From assembly GCA_027923505.1 (NCBI GenBank), contig BROI01000016.1, forward strand, positions 620,001 to 684,000: 64,000 bases of DNA. Reading direction: 5' to 3'. The position numbers and the translations under genes were made by a program. The notes under the pieces were generated by a model that ran no database searches, had not been told where the DNA came from, and saw only the letters and a list, made by a program, of their open reading frames with translations. This DNA comes from Mayamaea pseudoterrestris. Taxonomy: Eukaryota. Shown here piece by piece: positions 54,241 through 64,000 of the stretch. Position 1 is the first letter of the stretch. The number at the start of each line of letters is the position of its first letter.

Positions 54241-57200
54241 TTCTCACCAGTCTCAGCCCGCATATGCCTTGACATTCTAGTGCCCATACACCAAGCCATG
54301 TATACACCCAAATTACACCAGAATGGTGCCAACATCATTATTCAGGCTGCGCTACAAGATGGTAGGCTTGGCTGGTGTCTCAGGGGATGGCAATGTATTT
54401 GGTGACAACTTGTCACCAGTCTCAGCCCGCAGATGCCGTGACATTCAAACGCCCCTACAGCAAGTCCTGTAGGTGCCCAAATTACACCAGAATGGTGCCA
54501 ACATCATTTTTTAGGCTGCGCTACAAGATGGTAGGATTGGCTGGTGTCTCAGGGGATGGCAATGTATTTGGTGACAACTTGTCACCAGTCTCAGCCCGCT
54601 GATGCCGTGACATTCAAACGCCCCTACAGCAAGCCCTGTTGTTGCCAAAAGTACATCAGAATGGTGCCAACATCATTATTCAGGTGGCGCTACAAGATGG
54701 TAGGCTTGGCTGGTGTCTCAGGGGATGGCAATGTATTTGGTGACAACTTGCCACCAGTCTCAGCTGCCCGCAGATGCCGTGTCATTTAAATGCCCCTACA
54801 GCAAGCCCTGTAGGTGCCCAAAATACACCAGAATGGTGCCAACATCATTATTCAGGCTGCGCTAAAAGATGGTAGGCTTGGCTGGTGTCTCAGGGGATGG
54901 AAATGTATTTGGTGACAACTTGTCACCAGTCTCAGCCCGCAGATGCCTTAACATTCTTGTGCCCATACAGCAAGCCCTGTAGGTGCCCAAAATACACCAG
55001 AATGGTGCCAACATCATCATTCAGGTTGCGCGACAAGATGATTTGCTTGGCTGGTGTCTCAGGGGATGGCAATGTATTTGGTGACAACTTGCCACCAGTC
55101 TCAGCTGCCCGCAGATGCCTTGACATTCAAACGCCTTTTCATCAGGCCCTGTAGGTGCCCAACTAACACCAGAATAGTGCCAACATCATTGTTTAGGCTG
55201 CGCTACAGGATGGTATGCTTGGCTGGTGTCTCCGGGGATGGCAATGTATTTGGTGACAACTTGTCACCAGTCTCAGCTGCCCGCAGATGCCGTGTCATTT
55301 AAATGCCCCTACAGCAAGCCCTGTAGGTGCCCAAAATACACCAGAATGGTGCCAACATCAATTTTCAGGCTGAGCTACAAGATGATTTGCTTGGCTGGTG
55401 TCTCAGGGGATGGCAATGTATTTGGTGACAACTTGTCACCAGTCTCAGCCCGCAAATACCGTGACATTTACACGCCCCTACAGCGAGCCCTATAGGTGTT
55501 CAAATTACATCAGAAGGGTGCCAACATCATTATTCGGGTGGCGATACAAGATGATATGCCTGGTTGGAGTCTCAGGGGTTGGCAATGTATTTGGTGACAA
55601 TTTGTCACCAGTCAGCCCGCATATGCATGACATTCAAACACACCTACAGCAAGCCCTGTAGGTGCCCAAAATACACCAGAATGGTGCCAACATCATTATT
55701 CAGGATGCGCTACAAGATGGTAGGCTTGGCTGGTGTCTCAGGGGATGGCAATGTATTTGGTGACAACTTGTCACCAGTCTCAGCCCGCTGATGCCGTGAC
55801 ATTCAAACGCCCCTACAGCAGGCCCCGTAGGTGCCCAAATTACACCAGAATGGTGCCAACATCATTGTTTAGGATGCCCTACAAGATGGTAGGCTTGGCT
55901 GGTGTTTCCGGGGATGGCAATGTATTTGGCGACAACTTGTCACCAGTCTCAGCCCGCTGATGCCGTGACATTCAAACGCCCCTACACCAGGCCCTGTAGG
56001 TGCCCAAATTACACCAGAATGGTGACAACATCATTATTTAGGCTGCGCTACAAGATGGTAGGCTTGGCTGGTGTCTCCGGGGATGGCAATGTATTTGGTG
56101 ACAACTTGTCACCAGTCTGAGCCCGCTGATGCCGTGACATTCAAACGCCCCTACACCAGGCCCTGTAGGTGCCCAAATTACACCAGAATGGCGCCAGCAT
56201 CATCATACAGGCTGCGCTACAAGATGGTAGGCTTGGCTGGTGTCTCAGTGACATTCAAACACACCTACAGCAAGCCCTGTAGGTGCCCAAAATACACCAG
56301 AATGGTGCCAACATCATTATTCAGGATGCGCTACAAGATGGTAGGCTTGGCTGGTGTCTCAGGGGATGGCAATGTATTTGGTGACAACTTGTCACCAGTC
56401 TCAGCCCGCTGATGCCGTGACATTCAAACGCCCCTACAGCAGGCCCCGTAGGTGCCCAAATTACACCAGAATGGTGCCAACATCATTGTTTAGGATGCCC
56501 TACAAGATGGTAGGCTTGGCTGGTGTTTCCGGGGATGGCAATGTATTTGGCGACAACTTGTCACCAGTCTCAGCCCGCTGATGCCGTGACATTCAAACGC
56601 CCCTACACCAGGCCCTGTAGGTGCCCAAATTACACCAGAATGGTGACAACATCATTATTTAGGCTGCGCTACAAGATGGTAGGCTTGGCTGGTGTCTCCG
56701 GGGATGGCAATGTATTTGGTGACAACTTGTCACCAGTCTGAGCCCGCTGATGCCGTGACATTCAAACGCCCCTACACCAGGCCCTGTAGGTGCCCAAATT
56801 ACACCAGAATGGCGCCAGCATCATCATACAGGCTGCGCTACAAGATGGTAGGCTTGGCTGGTGTCTCAGGGGATGGCAATGTATTTGGTGACAACTTGTC
56901 ACCAGTCGCAGCCCGCTCATGCCGTGACATTCAAACGCCCCTACAGCAGGCCCTGTAGGTGCCCAAATTACACCAGAATGGTGCCAACATCATTATTCAG
57001 GATGCGCTACAAGATGATAGGCTTGGCTGGTGTCTCAGGGAATGGCAATGTATTTGGTGACAACTTGTCACCAGTCTCAGCCCGCTGATGCCGTGACATT
57101 CAAACGTCCCTACACCAGGCCCTGTAGGTGCCCAAAATACACCAGAATGGTGCCAACATCATTATGCAGAATGCGCTACAAGATGGTAGGTTTGGCCGGT

Positions 57201-59070
57201 GTCTCTGGGGATGGCAATGTATTTGGTGACAACTTGTCACCAGTCTCAGCCCGCTGATGCCGTGACATTCAAACGCCCCTACATCAGGCCCTGTAGGTGC
57301 CCAAATAACACCAGAATGGTGCCAACATCATTTTTAAGGCTGCGCTACAAGATGGTAGGCTTGGCTGGTGTCTCAGGGGATGGCAATGTATTTGGTGACA
57401 ACTTGTCACCAGTCTCAGCCCACTGATGCCGTGACATTCAAACGTCCCTACATCAGGCCCTGTAGGTGCCCAAATTACACCAGAATGGTGCCAACATCAT
57501 CATATAGGCTGCGCTACAAGATGGTTGGCTTTTGGCTGGTGTCTCAGGGGATGGCAATGTATTTGGTGACAACTTGTCACCAGTCTCATCCCACAGATTC
57601 CCTGACATTCAAACGCCCCTACAGCAGGCCCTGTAGGGTGCCCAAATTACACCAGAATGGTGCCAACATCATTGTTTAGGATGCGCTACATTAGTTGTGT
57701 CTCAGGAATGGGCAACTTGTAGCCCCTCAGGCCCTGTAGGTGCCCAAATTACACCAGAATGGTGCCAACATCATTATTCAGGATGCGCTACAAGATGATA
57801 GGCTTGGCTGGTGTCTCAGGGAATGGCAATGTATTTGGTGACAACTTGTCACCAGTCTCAGCCCGCTGATGCCGTGACATTCAAACGTCCCTACACCAGG
57901 CCCTGTAGGTGCCCAAAATACACCAGAATGGTGCCAACATCATTATGCAGAATGCGCTACAAGATGGTAGGTTTGGCCGGTGTCTCTGGGGATGGCAATG
58001 TATTTGGTGACAACTTGTCACCAGTCTCAGCCCGCTGATGCCGTGACATTCAAACGCCCCTACATCAGGCCCTGTAGGTGCCCAAATAACACCAGAATGG
58101 TGCCAACATCATTTTTAAGGCTGCGCTACAAGATGGTAGGCTTGGCTGGTGTCTCAGGGGATGGCAATGTATTTGGTGACAACTTGTCACCAGTCTCAGC
58201 CCACTGATGCCGTGACATTCAAACGTCCCTACATCAGGCCCTGTAGGTGCCCAAATTACACCAGAATGGTGCCAACATCATCATATAGGCTGCGCTACAA
58301 GATGGTTGGCTTTTGGCTGGTGTCTCAGGGGATGGCAATGTATTTGGTGACAACTTGTCACCAGTCTCATCCCACAGATTCCCTGACATTCAAACGCCCC
58401 TACAGCAGGCCCTGTAGGGTGCCCAAATTACACCAGAATGGTGCCAACATCATTGTTTAGGATGCGCTACAAGATGATAGGCTTGGCTGGTGTCTCAGGG
58501 AATGGCAATGTATTTGGTGACAACTTGTCACCAGTCTCAGCCCGCTGATGCCGTGACATTCAAACGCCCCTACAGCAGGCCCTGTAGGTGCCCAAATTAC
58601 ACCAGAATGGTGCCAACATCATTATTCAGGATGCGCTACAAGATGATAGGCTTGGCTGGTGTCTCAGGGAATGGCAATGTATTTGGTGACAACTTGTCAC
58701 CAGTCTCAGCCCGCTGATGCCGTGACATTCAAACGCCCCTACATCAGGCCCTGTAGGTGCCCAAATTACACCAGAATGGTGCCAACATCATTATTCAGGC
58801 TGCGCTACAAGATGGTAGGCTTGGCTGGTGTCTCAGGGGATGGCAATGTATTTGGTGACAACTTGTCACCAGTGACTTCCATGCCGTGACATTCAAACGC
58901 CCCTACAGCAGGCCCTGTAGGTGCCCAAATTACACCAGAATGGTGCCAACATCATCATATAGGCTGCGCTACAAGATGATTGGCTTTTGGCTGGTGTCTC
59001 ATGATGGCAATGTTTTGGTGAATTGATCTGCTGACATTCAAACCTCCCTACCCAGCAGGCCCTGAGGGCC
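54241..59070. repeat. Satellite A: tandem array of ~28 monomers of 169 bp with higher-order duplications
   Basis: Period 169 (e.g. 54375 to 54544, 55733 to 55902); every intact monomer carries TGGTGACAACTTGTCACCA or a near variant. Confidence 0.98.
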
Positions 59071-62000
59071 ATACACCATTGAATGGATTGCACATCCTGC
59101 ATCTTTGGCATGCCTAGCAACCGCAGAGACTCAATTGACAACAGGCTCGGCCCACTGGCGGCTATTGAGTGTGTTTGTATTTGAGTAGCTGAAACCATTG
59201 CTGAACCCAACCCCCGGTCATTTTCCTGGTGGGGTTGTAGGTATACCATTGAATGGATTGCACATCCTACATCCATAATGCATGCCTAGCAACCGCAGAG
59301 ACTCGTATTGAAGCGGGCTGGCCCGTGGATGTGGATATTGAGTTTGTTTGTATTTGAGTAGCTGAAACCATTGTTGAACCCAACCCCAGTTATTTTACTG
59401 GAGGGTTTGTAGGTATAAATTTGAACAATTGCACATCCTACATCCTTTATGCATGCCTAGCAACCGCAGAGACTCACATTGAAGCTGGATGGCCCATGGC
59501 TATGGCTATTGAGTGTGTTTGTATTTGAATAGCTGAAACCATTGCTGAACCCAACCCCAGTCATTTTACTGGAGACTTTGAAGGTATACCATTGAATGGA
59601 TTGCACATCCAGCATCTTCAATCCATGCCTAGCAACCGCAGAGACTCCTATTGAAACAGGCTGGCTCATGGCTATGGCTATTGAGTGTGTTTGTATCTGA
59701 ATAGCTGAAACCATTGCTGAACCCAACCCCGGTCATTTTACTGGAGACTTTGAAGGTATACCATTGAATGGATTGCACATTCTGCATCTTCAATTCATGC
59801 CTAGCAACCGCAGAGACTCATATTGAAACAGGCTGGCACATGGCTATGGCTATTGAGTGTGTTTATATTTGAGTAGCTGGACCCATGCCGAACCCAACCC
59901 CGGTCATTTTCCTGGAGGAGTTGTAGGTATAAATTTGAATGGATTGCACATCCTGCATCTTAAATCCATGCCTAGCAACCGCAGAGACTCACTTTGAAGC
60001 AGGCTGGCTCATGGCTATGGCTATTGAGTGGTTTGTATTTGAATAGCTGAAACCATTGCTGAACCCAACCCCGGTCATTTTACTGGAGGGTTTGAAGGTA
60101 TACCATTGAATGGATTGCATATCCTGCATCATTAATCCATGCCTAGCAACCGCAGAGACTCATATTGAAGCAGGCTGGCTCATGGCTATGGCTATTGAGT
60201 GTGTTTGTATTTGAGTAGCTGGACCCAAGCCGAACCCAACCCCGGTCATTTTCCTGGAGGAGTTGTAGGTATAAATTTGAATGGATTGCACATCCTGCAT
60301 TCTTTTTTGCATGCCTAGCAACCGCAGAGACTCAGATTGAAGCTGGCTGGCACATGGCTATGGCTATTGAGTGTGTTTATATTTGAGTAGCTGGACCCAT
60401 GCTGAACCCAACCCCGGTCATTTTCCTGGAGGGTTTGAAGGTATACCATGGAAATGGATTGCACATCCTGCACCCTATATGCATGTCTAGCAACCGCAGA
60501 GACTCATATTGAAGCAGGCTGGCTCATGGCTATGGCTATTGAGTGTGTTTGTATTTGAGTAGCTGAAACCATTGCTGAACCCAACCTCGGTCATTTTCCT
60601 GGAGGAGTTGTAGGTATACCATTGAATGGATTGCACATCCTGCATCCTTTATGCATGCCTAGCAACCGCAGAGACTCAGATTGAGGCTGGCTGGCTCATG
60701 GCTATGGCTATTGAGTGTGTTTGTATTTGAATAGCTGTAACCATTGCTGAACCCAACCCCGGTCATTTTCCTGGTGGGTTTGAAGGTATATTATTTATTG
60801 GATTGCAGATCCTGCATCCTTTATGCATGCCTAGCAACCGCAGAGACTCAAATTGAACTTGGCTGGCTCATGGCTATGGCTATTGAGTGTGTTTGTATTT
60901 GAGTAGCTGGACCCATGCTGAACCCAACCCCGGTCATTTTCCTGGAGAGTTTGAAGGTATATTATTGAATGGATTGCACATCCTGCATCCTTTATGCATG
61001 CCTAGCAACCGCAGAGACTCATATTGAAGCAGGCTGGCTCATGGCTATGGCTATTGAGTGTGTTTGTATTTGAATAGCTGAAACCATTGCTGAACCCAAC
61101 CCCGGTCATTTTACTGGAGGGGTTGAAGGTATAACATTGAATGGATTGCACATCCTGCATCCTTTATGCATGCCTAGCAACCGCAGAGACTCATATTGAA
61201 GCAGGCTGGCACATGGCTATGGCTATTGAGTGTGTTTTTATTTGAGTAGCTGAAACCCATGCCGAACCTAACCCCTGTCATTTTCCGGGAGGAGTTGTGG
61301 GTATCAATTTGAATAGATTGCACATCCTGCTTCTTTAATATATGCCTAGCAACCGCAGAGACTCATATTGAAGCAGGCTGGCTCATGGCTATGAATATTG
61401 AGTGTGTTTGTATCTGAGTAGCTTAAACCATTGCTGAACCCAACCCTGGTCATTTTACTGGAGGGTTTGAGAGTATACCAAACAATGGATTGCACATCCT
61501 GCATCGTTTTTGCATGCCTAGCATCCGCAGAGACTCATATTGAAGCAGGCTGGCTCATGGCTATGGCTTTTGAGTGTGTTTGTATTGGAGTAGCTGGACC
61601 CATGCCGAACCCAACCCCGGTCATTTTACTGGAGGGTGTGAAGGTATACCATTGAATGGATTGCACATCCTGCATCCTTTATGCATGCCTAGCAACCGCA
61701 GAGACTCATATTGAAGCAGGCTGGCTCATGGCTATGGCTATTGAGTGTGTTTGTATTTGAGTAGCTGAAACCATTGCTGAACCCAACCCCGGTCATTTTA
61801 CTGGAGGGTTTGAAGGTATACCATTGAATGGATTGCACATCCTGCATCCTTTATGCATGCCTAGCAACCGCAGAGACTCATATTGAAGCAGGCTGGCTCA
61901 TGGCTATGGCTATTGAGTGTGTTTTTATTTGGACAGCTGGACCCATTGCTGAACCCAACCCCGGTCATTTTACTGGAGGGTTTGAAGGTATACCATTGAA

Positions 62001-64000
62001 TGGACTGCACATCCTGCATCCTTTATGCATGCCTAGCTACCGCAGAGACTCATATTGAAGCCAGCTGACGCATGGCTATGGCTATTGAGTGTGTTTGTAT
62101 TTGAACAGCTGGACCCATTGCTGAACCCAACCCCGGTCATTTTACTGGAGAGTTTGAAGGTATACCATTGAATGGATTGCACATCCTGCATCCTTTATGC
62201 ATGCCTAGCAACCGCAGAGACTCATATTGAAGCAGGCTGGCACATGGCTATGGCTATTGAGTGTGTTTGTATTTGAGTAGCTGGACCCATGCCAAACCCA
62301 ACCCCGGTCATTTTCCTGGAGGAGTTGTAGGTATACCATTGAATGGATTGCACATCCTGCATCCTTTATGCATGCCTAGCAACCGCAGAGACTCATATTG
62401 AAGCTGGCTGGCTCATGGCTATGGCTATTGAGTGTGTTTGTATTTGAGTAGCTGAAACCATTGCTGAACCCAACCCCGGTCATTTTCCTGGAGGGTTTGA
62501 AGGTATACCATTGAATGGATTGCACATCCTGCATCCTTTATGCATGCCTAGCAACCGCAGAGACTCATATTGAAGCAGGCTGGCTCATGGCTATGGCTAT
62601 TGAGTGTGTTTGTATTTGAATAGCTGAAACCATTGCTGAACCCAACCCCGGTCATTTTCCTGGAGGGTTTGAAGGTATACCATTGAATGGATTGCACATC
62701 CTGCATCTTTTATGCATGCCTAGCAACCGCAGAGACTCATATTGAAGCAGGCTGGCTCATGGCTATGGCTATTGAGTGTGTTTGTATTTGAGTAGCTGAA
62801 ACCATTGCTGAACCCAACCCCGGTCATTTTACTGGAGGGTTTGAAGGTATACCATTGAATGGATTGCACATCCTGCATCCTTTATGCATGCCTAGCAACC
62901 GCAGAGACTCATATTGAAGCAGGCTGGCTCATGGCTATGGCTATTGAGTGTGTTTGTATTTGAGTAGCTGAAACCATTGCTGAACCCAACCCCGGTCATT
63001 TTACTGGAGGGTTTGAAGGTATACCATTGAATGGATTGCACATCCTGCATCCTTTATGCATGCCTAGCAACCGCAGAGACTCATATTGAAGCAGGCTGGC
63101 TCATGGCTATGGCTATTGAGTGTGTTTGTATTTGAATAACTGAAACCATTGCTGAACCCAACCCCGGTCATTTTACTGGAGGGTTTGAAGGTATACCATT
63201 GAATGAATTGCACATCCTGCTTTCTTCCTAGCAACCGCAGAGACTCATATTGAAGCTGGCTGCCTCATGGCTATGGCTATTGAGTGTGTTTGTAATCGAA
63301 TAACTGAAACCATTGCAGAACCCAACCCCGGTCATTTTACTGAAGGGTGTGAAGGTATAAAATTGAATGGATTGCACATCCTGCATCCTTTATGCATGCC
63401 TAGCAACCGCAGAGACTCATATTGAAGCAGGCTGGCTCATGGCTATGGCTATTGAGTGTGTTTGTATTTGAATAGCTGAAACCATTGCTGAACCCAACCC
63501 CGGTCATTTTACTGGAGGGTTTGAAGGTATACCATTGAATGGATTGCACATCCTGCATCCTTTATGCATGCCTAGCAACCGCAGAGACTCATATTGAAGC
63601 AGGCTGGCTCATGGCTATGGCTATTGAGTGTGTTTGTATTTGAGTAGCTGAAACCATTGCTGAACCCAACCCCGGTCATTTTACTGGAGGGTTTGTAGGT
63701 ATAAATTTGAATGGATTGCACATCCTACATCCTTTATGCATGCCTAGCAACCGCAGAGACTCATATTGAAGCAGGCTGGCTCATGGCTATGGCTATTGAG
63801 TGTGTTTGTATTTGAATAGCTGAAACCATTGCTGAACCCAACCCCGGTCATTTTACTGGAGGGTTTGAAGGTATACCATTGAATGGATTGCACATCCTGC
63901 ATCCTTTATGCATGCCTAGCAACCGCAGAGACTCATATTGAAGCAGGCTGGCTCATGGCTATGGCTATTGAGTGTGTTTGTATTTGAGTAGCTGAAACCA
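59071..64000. repeat. Satellite B: tandem array of ~28 or more monomers of 172 bp, continuing past the window end
   Basis: Period 172 (TTGCTGAACCC at 62461, 62633, 62805). Confidence 0.98.

Noticed and set aside
54241..59070. Palindromic repeats resembling a CRISPR array
   Set aside because: The sequence between palindromes is also repeated (no unique spacers), there are no cas genes, and the context is eukaryotic.
54375..62058. Dozens of near-identical short ORFs (MSQGMAMYLVTT...)
   Set aside because: By-products of the satellite periodicity; non-ATG starts, frames broken by indels, no domain.

Overview
Gene-dense eukaryotic DNA with short GT-AG introns. It is most likely from a pennate diatom, inferred from bipartite plastid presequences and a CoDi-type copia element. 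Roughly 1-53.4 kb is euchromatic. It holds two tandem GT23/FUT8-like fucosyltransferase paralogs, GPKOW/Spp2, a class II CPD photolyase, Rab-GGTase alpha and several small PxxPxRxxS proteins. It also holds a ~1700-aa MLO-like membrane protein that appears fused to a voltage-sensor-like domain and a PH-like domain. A cluster of three PaO/TIC55-type Rieske oxygenases is interleaved with a NYC1/NOL-like short-chain reductase, a plastid-type acetyl-CoA synthetase and an S9B dipeptidyl peptidase. UAP56 (with an adjacent pseudogenic fragment) and mitochondrial uL4 follow. The third Rieske gene is split by a very young 5.2-kb Ty1/copia LTR retrotransposon (identical 211-bp LTRs, GACGA target-site duplication). 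Its primer-binding site is perfectly complementary to its own LTR, which suggests tRNA-independent self-priming. From ~54.2 kb to the end the window is two abutting satellite arrays with 169-bp and 172-bp monomers. All family assignments are from motif recognition by eye; no database search was run.
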